Below are positions 12,262 through 23,700 of a DNA stretch of 64,000 nucleotides, piece after piece. This stretch comes from Nemertoderma westbladi (Eukaryota; Animalia; Xenacoelomorpha): contig JAUCBJ010000075.1 of the NCBI GenBank assembly GCA_032718475.1, positions 1 through 64,000 on the forward strand, in the 5' to 3' direction. The notes below the pieces were generated by a model. That model was not told the origin of the DNA, did no database searches, and saw only the letters and a program-made list of their open reading frames with translations. The position numbers were made by a program, and so were the translations under genes. Position 1 is the stretch's first letter; every line of letters starts with the position of its first letter.

Positions 12262-14215
12262 GTCGTCGTCCCGTGGGAACCCGCCGAGGGAGCGGTGACC
12301 GTCCCCCTGGGGGAACCTGCCGAGGAAGCGGCAGCCGTCGTCCCGAGTGAACCCGCCGAGGAAGCGGTGGTCGTCGTCCCGGTTAAACCCGCCAAGGAAG
12401 CCATGGTCATCATCCCGGGTGAACTCGCCGAGGAAGCAGTAGTCGTCGTCCCGGGTAAACCAGCCGAGGAAGTGGTGGTCGTCGTCCCGGGTAAACCCGC
12501 CGAGGAAGCAGTGGTCGTCGTCCTGGGAAAACCCGCCGAAGAAGCAGTGGTCATCATCCCGGGTCAACCCGCCGATGAAGTAGTGGTCGTCGTCCTGGGT
12601 AGACCCGCCGAGGAAGCAGTGGTCATCGTCCCGGGTGAACCCGCCGAGGAAGCGGTGGTCTTCATCCCGGGTGAAACCGCCGAGGAAGCAGTGGTCGTCG
12701 TCCCGGGTAAACCCACCGAGGAAGCAGTGCTCGTCGTCCCGGGGGAACCCGCCGAGGAAACAGTGATGGTCGTTGTCGCAGGTGAACCCGCCGAGGAAGC
12801 GGTGGTCGTCCCCCCGGGGGAACCCGCTGAGGAAGCGGTGGTCGTCGTCCCGGGGGAACCCGCCGAGGAAGCAGTGAACATCGTCCTGGGTAAAACCGCC
12901 GAGGAAGCGATGGCCGTCATCCCGGCGGAACCCGCCGAGGAAACAGTGATGGTCGTCTTCGCAGGTGAACCCGCCGAGGAAGCGGTGGTCGTCCCCCCGG
13001 GGGAACCCGCTGAGGAAGCGGTGGTCGTCGTCCCGGGGGAACCCGCCGAGGAAGCAATGAACATCGTCCCGGGTAAAACCGCCGAGGAAGCAGTTGTCAT
13101 CGTCCTGGGTGAACCCGCCGAGGAAACAGTGGTCATCGTCCCGGGTGAACCCGCCGAGGAAACAGTGGTCATCGTCCCGGGTGAACCCACCGAAGAAGCA
13201 GTGGTCGTCGTCCCAGGTGAACCCGCCGAGGAAACGGTGATGGTCGTCGTCGCGGGTGAACCCACCGAGGAAGCAGTGGTCGTCGTCCTGGGTAGACCCG
13301 CCGAGGAAGCAGTGGTCATCGTCCCGGGTGAACCCGCCGAGGAAGCGGTGGTCGTCGTCCCGGGTGAACCCGCCGAGGAAGCGGTGGTCGTCGTCCCAGG
13401 TAAACCCGCCGAGGAAGCAGCAGTCGTCGTCCAGGGTAAACCCGCCGAAGAAGCAGTGGTCATCGTCCCGGATGAACCCGCCGAGGAAGCAGTGGTCGTC
13501 GTCCCGGGTGAACCCGCCGAGGAAGCGGTGGTCGTTGTCCCGGGGGAACCCGCCGAGGAAGTGGTGGCCGTCGTCCCGGCGGAACCCGCCGAGGAAACAG
13601 TGATGGTCGTCGTCGCAGGTGAACCAGCCAGGTGTGAATCCGCCGAGGAGGCGGTGGTCGTCCCCCCGGGGGAACCCGCCGATGAAACGGTGGTCGTCGT
13701 CCCGGGGGAACCCGCCGAGGAAGCGGTGAACATCGTCCCGGGTAAACCCTCCGAGGAAGCAGCAGTCGTCGTCCAGGGTAAACCCGCCGAAGAAGCAGTG
13801 GTCATCGTCCCGGATGAACCCGCCGAGGAAGCAGTGGTCGTCGTCCCGGGTGAACCCGCCGAGGAAGCGGTGGTCGTTGTCCCGGGGGAACCCGCCGAGG
13901 AAGTGGTGGCCGTCGTCCCGGCGGAACCCGCCGAGGAAACAGTGATGGTCGTCGTCGCAGGTGAACCAGCCAGGTGTGAATCCGCCGAGGAGGCGGTGGT
14001 CGTCCCCCCGGGGGAACCCGCCGATGAAACGGTGGTCGTCGTCCCGGGGGAACCCGCCGAGGAAGCGGTGAACATCGTCCCGGGTGAACCCGCCGAGGAA
14101 GCAGTGGTCGTCGTCCCAGGTGAACCCGCCGAGGAAGCGGTGGTCGTCGTCCCGGGTGAACCCACTGAGGAGGTGGTCGTCGTCGTCCTGGGTGAACCCA
14201 CCAAGGAAGCGGTGA
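12262..14215. repeat. GC-rich 33(36)-bp coding minisatellite, ~55-60 units, with higher-order duplications
   Basis: Unit GAACCCGCCGAGGAAGCRGTGGTCGTCGTCCCGGGT; encodes TTTASSAGSPG in the ORF1 frame. Confidence 0.95.
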
Positions 14216-14234
14216 TCGATTGATTCGCCATCAC

Positions 14235-14441
14235 TCGATTGTAATAAGTTACGATCGTCACTATAACCAAATGATGCAAATAATTTTGTGTCATCAGCGA
14301 ACAGTCTAGCACTGGTCCCCTCTGTAAATATACCTGGCATATCATTGACAAACATAAGAAATAGCAGCGGCCCACTACAGGACCCCTGTGGTACCCCTGA
14401 TATAACTCTCCGGTAGGATGAGTAACTATTAGGAACCTTTT
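14235..14441 (-). mobile_element. 5' part of the same CR1-group LINE (RT core)
   Basis: SGVPQGSCSGPLLFLMFVNDMP...LFADDTKLF...DRNLLQS joins in frame to NLDTF at 5170 once 5177-14234 and one TSD copy are removed. Confidence 0.9.
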
Positions 14442-17370
14442 AATTTTTAACCTTTTTAATTAATACGACAATAGTATAAACACCGATACTATACAGACAA
14501 ACACCACAACCAAGTAAATGAATTAAATAATACAACCAACAAAGACGTAATAATATCACAGTAGACCCAGATCTGTGTGAATGAGCAATACCCTATTCTA
14601 CCGCTATATTTACAGAATGTTGATCTTCGATACATTAATAACTAATTTAGAACATTGGGACGCTGGTGTGTCACTCGCCCAACCCTTTTAACAAAGTTCT
14701 AGAATTTTATCGTATATTTTTCCTAAAATTAATAACTTTAAATTTATGTAATGAGTATCCATGGAAATTCAAAATATCAATATTCGGGAAATAGTAGGTT
14801 TTGTAACGGACATTTGTGCGTGTTATGGCATTGGGTGTGTTAGTTTGTGTGATAGTACAAATAACAGCTATTCTCTGTATGTTTACTGTAGCGAACCGAA
14901 ACCCTATTGCAGACTAATTTCAGTCGCACTACAGTATAACAGTCAATACAACCCCCGACGGACAGCCCTTAGAGAGACCGGTCTCGAGCTTCGCCAGCGC
15001 ATTAGCCGTTTGTCTTCCACCCATTCTTCCACATCTGTTGGCTAGGGAGTAGACATAGTGGCGCTAACGTGGCCAGGGGCGGCTTGGGTCCGTGTCGGGC
15101 TGGGGGTGGAGGGTGGCTCAGCTTCGCCGGCCCTATACAAACTCAAGTTATCATAACAATTATCGACTCATTGGTTCACTTCTGTTGGATTAATAATATA
15201 TTTTTGCTTATTTATAATAACAATAACGGGTACTTCTAAAGATGATTTGAGATAGGTCGAACAAACACAAATATACGTGACACGCCTAGTTATGAATTTA
15301 TAAGAATAGCGCGTGGAGAACCGAGTTCATCGGATACTCCATGGACACAGTAGAACTGACCACCGAAGTGGCTAATGCTGAATGGTTACATACAGTTAAT
15401 ACTATTCATAGTTACGGCATTATGATCTACGATAATGAAGGCTCAGTACCGGATCCTGAGTTCGGTTCAACTCGGTTGATTCATATCCGCGGCCTCACTG
15501 GAGCCACACACGTTTTTACGCGTACTCGTCACGGCACCAACAGCGTTTTCCCAGCCTTGACCGCCTCAATGCCGTGCAAGACATCAACAGTTTGTTAAAG
15601 CGGAGGCTTACGTCAACGACACGAATCAACACCCAGCCATGGGAATAGACGCCGCTCTATTACCACAACCCGTACTGGAAATTCTATTAGATTAATCCAT
15701 TTATAAACTCGGTTCAGCCAATCGGGATTTGACAGATGATTTCCCTATCGTCCATGACATACCATATCCCTTTGTCGACACCCAAACCATCCTTCCTTGG
15801 GCGCAACCACGCGGCTTCTTCCGGGTTATGTATCGATGCAACGCTAACGGTACGTATAGCAGAGTTGACCGTACGTCCTCTGGCCACATTGCGTTTCAAG
15901 AGTACGGTTGAAACTTGAAGGAAACCGATTGCGAGACGTATTCCAGAGTATTGCGGATGTCTGAAGCCGTACGTTGAGAGCGCACCCGTTGTTGTTGGGA
16001 ACCCAACTTGCCAAACTCAATGAACTCGGTAAATTCCTGAACTTCGAATGCTTTTGGCGTTTCCTGACCCCCTTTGCCAACATTGACAGTCAGTTTCGCG
16101 TGAAGTTGCTGTCTCAACAAGAGTTACGTCGTTCCGCACCGGATGAGCTAGCCAGGGGCGGCTTTGCCATATTCCGGGACGTATGTATTTCAAACCTACA
16201 TCAATCGGTGATTGAGAGACCCATTATCAAACCTGGCTTCTTGGTTGGGCAAATACAGACTGATATTATGGACGCCCCGGACCAAGCGGAAGAACCAATC
16301 CATCTAGAAGCGACCTGAGTAGCTACCACTACTGTCGTGCACGCCACTGACAATGAGTCCGCTTTAATCGACTGGTATCGCGGAACCGAGCGGCTCACGG
16401 TTCGAGGTTTCCATTATGCGTTATTTTGCAAACATGTCCGCTGTGCGCATTGCGGTCTTCGCACGCACAAGGCTCCCATCCAACCTGGAGTTCTTTGTGA
16501 GCACCTCACCGATAGTCACATCAAACTCTATTGTCCCTACTGCCGCATTAATAACGATCATATCTTCTTCTCCTGTCTAGTCTTTGCCACCCAGTGCGAG
16601 CGTTGCCAACTCAAGGGACACAGTAGTCCAAACCTCCCCTTTGGTCCCGACATCGAGGATGATAGAGAAGATGAAACAAGTGTTACACGATACATTCGAT
16701 CATGGGAAGGATGCACAGATCTCAACGCGATCACCACGTCCCAAAACGCCGCAGCGAAAGCTCACCTCGGAGTATACGCGGTTGCCCCCTTCACCTGCGC
16801 AACAGATGTTCGGCGTGCTTGGCTACCGAGTTACGAGCTCCTCAACCGTGTAGCTTCCTGCACCAACACCCGTTTCGTCCGACGCTTCCTTCGCGAGATA
16901 CATCCGTAGCGCGTGACGTCCTACGATATAATAAAGTTTATTTGTGACTCTCCATTTTATGGTTTCAAGTTCCTGGAAGGACATCCCGAGCTGCTCCCAC
17001 AGCATTGAGTTTTCAGCGAACACGCTCAACATGAAGGACCAGTTCTCCACGCTAAAACTATCATGTTTGTAAATAATGAAGAATATGTATTTCTTACCGT
17101 AAGATTGAAACTCAATATATTAGTTCCTAGTTGAGTTTATGTATTTTTATATTTGAAGGATAATATGACTCAATATTTACCTACTTACGTCGATTAATTC
17201 ACCTACTTACCATACTTGTAAATATATTAAACTCTAATGTTGTTTGAAAGGTTGTTTAATACTTATTTAGTCTTACCGGAAGTGACTCAACAAACTTTAT
17301 TACTTTATGTGAGGAATTTGATCTACCCTTAATTACTTTCGTTTAATTTAGTTAAATTGTTTATCGCATT
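14442..17370 (+). mobile_element. Continuation of BEL element C: 3' accessory region
   Basis: Collinear matches to the 3' region of element B: 14566-14606 vs 45027-45068 (37/42), TGTTTACWGTAGCGA at 14880 vs 45315, GACGGACAG at 14957 vs 45393. Right boundary uncertain; no LTR recognised. Confidence 0.6.
15341..16909 (+). pseudogene. Decayed ~520-aa accessory ORF with three CxxC-H zinc-knuckle-like motifs
   Basis: ORF pieces 15341-15598, 15729-15911, 15974-16318 and 16337-16909 are linked by stops and frameshifts. Motifs CAHCGLRTH, CPYCRINNDHIFFSC, CERCQLKGH. GC-richer than the flanks. Confidence 0.55.
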
Positions 17371-17372
17371 TA

Positions 17373-18990
17373 ATTGTGGGGCGAGCCACGAAGTTGGCGG
17401 AGCCTTAGCGAATTGACACTGTTAGGGGGTGGGTCAATTTATGCAAATAGTTGTCGTCGTCGTCGTTGTCGTCGTCGTCGTTGTCGTCGTCATTACGATT
17501 TTGACATGCTAATAACTTTGTCGGATTTAAAGCTGCCAAGTTGAAAATTTGTAGGTATCAATATGAGCAAAAGTTGAGATTTTTGAGAGACTTTCAGACA
17601 CCATCAGTGCAATGGTCTCCCGCTAGAGGGCCACATGTCTAAACATTAAATGCCCTCCCATTTCTTTGCTTTTAATCCGTTTAAGCTGAAACTTGGCAGA
17701 TATGTATTAGACCATTAGCTGTGACTTTCAAAGGAGGCGAATCCATCTGCAGTTCTCCAGTCTGCCGCTAGAGGGCCAAAGGTCTGAAAGTGAAATCGTT
17801 GTCGTCGTTACGATTTTGACATGCTAATAACTTTGTCGGATTTAAAGCTGCCAAGTTGAAAATTTGTAGGTATCAATATGAGCTAAAGTTGAGATTTTTG
17901 AGAGACTTTCAGACACCATCAGTGCAATGGTCTCCCGCTAGAGGGCCACATGTCTAAACATTAAATGCCCTCCCATTTCTTTGCTTTTAATCCGTTTAAG
18001 CTGAAACTTGGCAGATATATATTAGACCATTAGCTGTGACTTTCAAAGGAGGCGAATCCATCTGCAGTTCTCCAGTCTGCCGCTAGAGGGCCAAAGGTCT
18101 GAAAGTGAAATCGTTGTCGTCGTTACGATTTTGACATGCTAATAACTTTGTCGGATTTAAAGCTGCCAAGTTGAAAATTTGTAGGTATCAATATGAGCTA
18201 AAGTTGAGATTTTTGAGAGACTTTCAGACACCATCAGTGCAATGGTCTCCCGCTAGAGGGCCACATGTCTAAACATTAAATGCCCTCCCATTTCTTTGCT
18301 TTTAATCCGTTTAAGCTGAAACTTGGCAGATATGTATTAGACCATTAGCTGTGACTTTCAAAGGAGGCGAATCCATCTGCAGTTCTCCAGTCTGCCGCTA
18401 GAGGGCCAAATGTCTGAAAGTGAAATCGTTGTCGTCGTTATGATATTGACATGCTTATAACTTTGTCGAATTTAAAGCTGCCAAGTTGAAAATTTGTTTT
18501 GTTAAAAATCAGTTCAACAGTCACCCGCTATAGGACTACTTTATGCCTGAAAGTGAATAGATTCTCCCGTCTCATTGATTTTAATCAGTTTAAGCTGAAT
18601 CTTGCCATATATTCTGGACCACATGCTGCGTCTTTGTGGGGGGGGGGAGATTTAATCGGTCTGCCGCTATACGACGAAATTTCTGAAAGTGAGATCCGTC
18701 TCTCATTTCGTTATCCGTTATTCAAGATGAAACTTGGCCGATGTACGTATGTACTATTCATCCATAGGCTGTGTCTTTGTGGGGCTGGAGACCCTAATCC
18801 ATCTTCAGTTCTCACTATACCGCTAGAGTCAGAAATGTCTGAATAGAAATGAAAGAGGTAAAAAGTGATTAGGCGAAATCTGCTTAAAATTTGCTAATAC
18901 AGTAATACTTTCGAATTAGTACTTAAATTAAATTTAAGTCACGTGCTGCGCGAAGGCCCCACTTCGTGTACTGTATGTAGCGAGTATTTG
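17373..18990 (+). mobile_element. Non-autonomous Helentron/DINE-1-like (HINE-type) element
   Basis: 5' GTGGGGC sub-TIR (17377), (GTC)n microsatellite at 17450-17490, central tandem repeats, 3' GCCCCAC inverted partner at 18956-18962. This matches HINE architecture. Confidence 0.55.
17490..18500 (+). repeat. 315-bp tandem repeat, 3 near-identical copies plus a partial and a degenerate copy
   Basis: TACGATTTTGAC at 17494, 17809 and 18124, with a variant at 18439 (period 315). Each unit has two subunits sharing CCGCTAGAGGGCCA. Confidence 0.95.
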
Positions 18991-20234
18991 ATATCGAAGT
19001 CACCTTTGATCGTCGAAAGATTGTATATACTCTTTTCCATGTAAATTTCAGAAAAAACTCAATATTGTGTTACTCATACTGTAGAACGATTGTTGAACTT
19101 GTACGTGATTTTAGGGAACGGGTTTGCTGCATACGCTAACTTCATAGCGAAATCTTATATTTTTATCAGAAAATCATTCAATTTCCATGCGTATGATATT
19201 TCGTCACCTTCAAGGCAGAACCCCCTAAGTCGATTTTTTTCGATTTTCATGTTTTTGACTTTTTGTGTAATTCGATATCGGCTTTTTCGTCTGGCAGAAC
19301 CCCGAAGCTTTTCTACCAGCCATTTTTGAGTTATAAGCCAAAGACAGTTCCCCGTAACTTATGCCCACTTCGAGGCAGAACCCCACAAGTCAATAATTGG
19401 CTTGCAAAACACCGTAAATTCAAGTATATGAAATTCAGTCCACCTGGCAAAACCCCTTAAATCAGAAATAACAACCTGTAAAACCCCTTAAATAAGAAAC
19501 AATAGCCTGGCAAAACCCCGTAATTTATCATTTATATACTGGTTTGTATTGCGGCCATGACACAAACATTATTGAGGGAACACATAACATTTATTTATAC
19601 TGTATAATCTGGGACACAAATTTTAATGAGGGACACAAACATTAATGTGGGACATAAAACATTAATAGGGGTCCATGGTTGCCAATGGATATTAATATGA
19701 GCGATGGTGATGCTTGCCATCAGACGATCAGATATTAAGTGATTAACTGAAAAAATACTACCATGGGAACGTGAGCTTCGATCAAAGTACCGCCGTTTTG
19801 TATACATTCCATCTTCCTAATTAGATTGAAATTAATTGAAAGCTACGTTCGATTACGTTGTTCAGCTGCCTGTTTTGCTGCTACCCCAACCCCCCCCCCC
19901 CCCCCGGCTGTTATACCCACATATTTTCAATTTACCCCCCCCCCCCCCCCATTCCTGTCTCCCCCTCATGTTCATCATTTTTTTACTCCTACTCCTTCCC
20001 TTTTTAGTAACAACATCGTTTATTGTTTTGGTTAGAAAAACCATCTCTGTAACCTGATCCTTTCCTTCAATTGGCAATAACATAGTTTATTGGTTTGGTC
20101 AGATTAATATGTTATTATTTATTGTTGTTATTTTATTGCTTGACAGTAATGAGAATTGTAATACTGTAATTTATTGTATGTGTATGGGTGGTAACATGAA
20201 TCATACTAAGTGCGAAGGGCGATAGTGTCCATGA

Positions 20235-21102
20235 TTAATGTTTGTGCCCTTGATTGATATCTGTCCCTCGTTTATTGTTTGTGTCCCTCATTAATGTTTG
20301 TGTATCTCATTAATGTTTGTGTCCCTCATTAATGTTTGTGTCCCTCATTAATGTTTGTGTCCCTTATTAATGTTTGTGTACCGCATTAATGTTTGTGTCC
20401 CTCATTAATGTTTGTGTCCCTCATTACTGTTTGTGTACCTCATTGTGTCCTTCATTAATGTTTGTGTACCTCATTAATATTTATGTCCCTCATTAATGTT
20501 TATGTCCCTCATTAATGTTTGTGTCCCTCATTAATGTTTGTGTCCCTCCTTAATGTTTGTGTACCTCATTAATGTTTGTGTCCCTCATTAATGTTTATGT
20601 CCCTCATTAATATTTTTGTCCCTCATTAATGTTTGTGTACCTCATTAATATTTATGTCCCTCATTAATGTTTATGTCCCTCATTAATGTTTTTGTCCCTC
20701 ATTATGTATTTGTGTCCCTCATTAATGTTTGTGTACCTCATTAATGTTTGTGTCCCTCATTAATGTGTGTGTACCTCATTAATGTTTGTGCATGCCCCTT
20801 GAATCCATCTTTAATGTTTGTGTACCTCATTAATGTTTGCGTCCCTCATTAATATTTGTGTCCCTCATTAATGTTTGTGTCCCTCATTATTGTTTGTGTC
20901 CCTCATAAATGTGTGTGTACCTCATTAATGTTTGTGTCCCTCATTACTGTTTGTGTACCTCATTGTGTCCTTCATTAATGTTTGTGTACCTCATTAATAT
21001 TTATGTCCCTCATTAATGTTTATGTCCCTCATTAATGTTTGTGTCCCTCATTAATATTTGTGTCCCTCATTAATGTTTGTGTCCCACATTAATGTTTGTG
21101 TC
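20235..21102 (+). repeat. 19-bp minisatellite (TCCCTCATTAATGTTTGTG), interrupted by element A
   Basis: About 45 units. Degenerate units resume at 32245-32399, and inverted copies lie at 19558-19672. Confidence 0.95.
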
Positions 21103-22260
21103 TGTTCGCGCTTTTAGACCTTAGGCAGTTTAACCCGCCTAATTTAGTTGTCTTTTAGTTTGTAAATCGACTTTAGCCTACGACGAGTATTTGATACACT
21201 ACATTAGCCGAAGCCAGCCTATGCGCGATCATTCACCCGCTGGATATACCCGGGAGACTGGATTCGGGGGCTCTGACCTTATTGCGGTGTAGGCCTACTG
21301 TATTATTCGATTGATCGTTAATATATAATCTCTGACAATATTATTCACTTTCGGGAAATATTAACAGTTCCTTTAGGACGTGGCGCTCTAAATATATAAA
21401 CAGAGCTATGACTTACACTAAACACAACGGGATGGCTTATGATTCACGTATAAGGCGCATTCTTTAGGAGATGCTTTGTTATCTGTCCCAATCATGCACA
21501 CTATCGGTACCGCACAATACTGCACACTGATCTGCCGACCTTTACTAATTTTAGTCACATATAAAGAGAATAGTAATTGACCCATGTAGTGCCTATGAAA
21601 TAGCATTAGATTCACTCCAAAACCAATATCATATAAGTCGCAATTGCTATATGTAACCGGTCTCTTACCTTCAGTATATCAAGAAGATGGGGTTTTATAT
21701 TTATTTATCGATATTATCCAAATATAACGATATTCCATCAACAGATACAATTAATAACCGACAGTAAATAGCAGTAAAATAATGCGGTGTGTATATAATG
21801 CAGTTGACAGGCAGGATAACAGTTATACATTCCGGTAATCAAAGCCATTCTAATGTTTTGGCTAAAGTCTGAAACAGAATAATTCCATAGCCGATGTTCA
21901 TGGCATCAGGAAAACCAACACACTGAAACCTGTGGGCTGTTGTAGGCAGCTTTCAACACAAAGAGAAATAGCTCTCATTGGCAGAACTCCAGATTCTATA
22001 GGTTCCACGAACGTCTAAATGCCAAACCTCCCTAGCCTTTGCAGCCCATAGCCAACACAAGGCTAAATCGCTCTGATTGGTCGATCATTGTTCTGATTGG
22101 TTAATCGAACAGAACAAAGAGGCCATACGTACAGCAAATCGGCCAATCAGCCAGCAGAATGCATCACTCGAGCAAGGCAGTTTTAGAGTATTTGAGCGCA
22201 TTGAGGGAAAACTGGATTGCGGAGAAAAAGGGCCAGTTACATCCTGCAAAAGCTTTTACA
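21103..22260 (-). repeat. 3' LTR of element A
   Basis: Direct repeat of 31087-32244; about 6 substitutions seen by eye. Confidence 0.95.
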
Positions 22261-22268
22261 CCGCTCCC
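22261..22268 (-). promoter_or_regulatory. Polypurine tract of element A
   Basis: GGGAGCGG immediately before the LTR TGT on the minus strand; same sequence in B. Confidence 0.75.
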
Positions 22269-22666
22269 AGAAAATGGGATTTAATTCTATAAAATATAAA
22301 AAATCACAGTTTCTAAAATATAAAAATACTCTAAACAGTTAGTCTTTCTTGCGCGGACGGCGTTTATGCAGTTTTTTGAGGCTAGCGAGAGTCCTTTTCT
22401 CTTTGGGGCGAGCCACTTTACTAGGAGGGCTATAACTCCTGGGCGAAGGGTGCAATACAATTGCATCAGAAGGTTAGGGTTACGGTCGGTGTCTCGTCCA
22501 TTTCGATATGCTTCTCCTCGAGCTGATTTTCCTCCGCTTGTCATTGGATGTGTCCGTCCAAAAATTCTCGCGGAGAATAGGGTCGTCCAAGTTCGATAAC
22601 TTCTTAGAGATTCTGGATTTCCCGATCGAACTGAGATAAAGTTACTTTGTTTACCGCTTGGACCTG

Positions 22667-23700
22667 CTAGTGCAATTTACGTTTATCTGAACAAGCGTAG
22701 GTTCCTTTTCTGATCTTTTGTAGAATAGCGTCTAACGCGCTTGGCACAACGCTCTCCTCCACTCTGATGACAGGTTGTATCGGTGTTAAACCGGGACGAT
22801 GGCAAGGGTCAAACGGCGACATTAAATGTCCGCATCCCAATCCGGCTAGGTAGGATGGGCTAATATCTAGGAAGACCACAACCGGGGTGCAACCGACTAA
22901 CTGTTCAGGTAACACTAGATCTTTGAACAGTGAGTACAGTTCGGGAGGATCCGTGATACTATTAGGATCAAGAGTCTGAGGTCTAACTAGGGAATGAGGA
23001 GGTCTGACCGAGTATTCCGGAACTCTGATCATAGGTTTATTTAAGGATCGTTTGAATCGAGCGAGCGTAGGTGATACATCGAACAAGTTTCGCTCGAAAC
23101 TCCCGTAAATATAGCGAGTAAAACTGTGTTTAAAGCAACGTCTCCGCGGATGTTTATGTCTTTCCGTTTGTTGGTTGGGTCTTTGGCATTCATCGCAATA
23201 ATACCAAAGACGCACGTATTGTAGGGGAAACGCGGGTGATATTTATTCGGTGTTACAACGTTTCTCTCAAGAATTCCAAATATACGTTAGAGTTACTGCG
23301 TTTATCCGGTTCTTTAACGTCTTCTCTTTCGAGTCGATTTCGAATAGAATTTTCACATTCGATTTTCAGTTTATCGTTCCGACTCCGCTGGGTAGGATAC
23401 TCAAAACAGTACCATTTCCCTTTCGGTGTCGACATCGTCCGTATCGTGTAAATCGATAGAATGACTAGTAGTTAAGAAGTCCATATACATACCATTACGA
23501 TGCGTATAGCGAGCGGTGAATTTTCTATAGTCCAATTCACGCGTAAGTTGCTCCTGGGACATTGGCGGTTCGATATAACGACCATCGTCCTCCGTAGTAG
23601 TTGGACCAGCGTCGCCGCGTATCAAGCTATCAACAAACGCTTGTAAAGGTAGAGTATATCGCTCCCTGATACCAAGATTATCTTCTATCAACTCAGTCAT
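22667..23700 (-). pseudogene. Accessory ORF of element A (frameshifted and internally deleted)
   Basis: Pieces 23401-23700, 23253-23435 and 22667-23215 align to 45583-46777 of B. Confidence 0.8.

Larger units (their letters stand above)
8482..14231 (-). pseudogene. Giant LINE ORF1 (~1900 aa reconstructed): T/S-rich repeat, Ulp1-like protease, coiled coil, C-terminal RRM-like domain
   Basis: ORFs 12564-14231 and 10623-12557 share a frame, separated by one TGA. A 1-nt frameshift at ~10626-10640 links them to 8482-10572. The C-terminal YFVNGI...EEDVVAYI...FWTEGI motif is typical of CR1/L2-group ORF1. Confidence 0.75.
5177..14234 (-). mobile_element. ~9.06 kb APE-RT non-LTR retrotransposon (CR1/L2 supergroup, exact clade uncertain) inserted in the CR1 RT gene
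   Basis: 6-bp TSD TCGATT at 5171-5176 and 14235-14240; (AATCA)n-like 3' tail at 5177-5195; ORF1 and ORF2 on the minus strand. Confidence 0.9.

Noticed and set aside
12223-14355. 666-aa PAEEAVVV and 698-aa DDDHRFLGG ORFs as independent genes
   Set aside because: They are alternative frames of a stop-poor minisatellite. The apparent RT start (FADD) of the 698-aa ORF belongs to the interrupted CR1 element.
21418-22292. Short ORFs duplicated at 31402-32315, and the pair 32619-32963 / 47268-47546
   Set aside because: They are duplicated only because they lie in LTRs; no coding signature.
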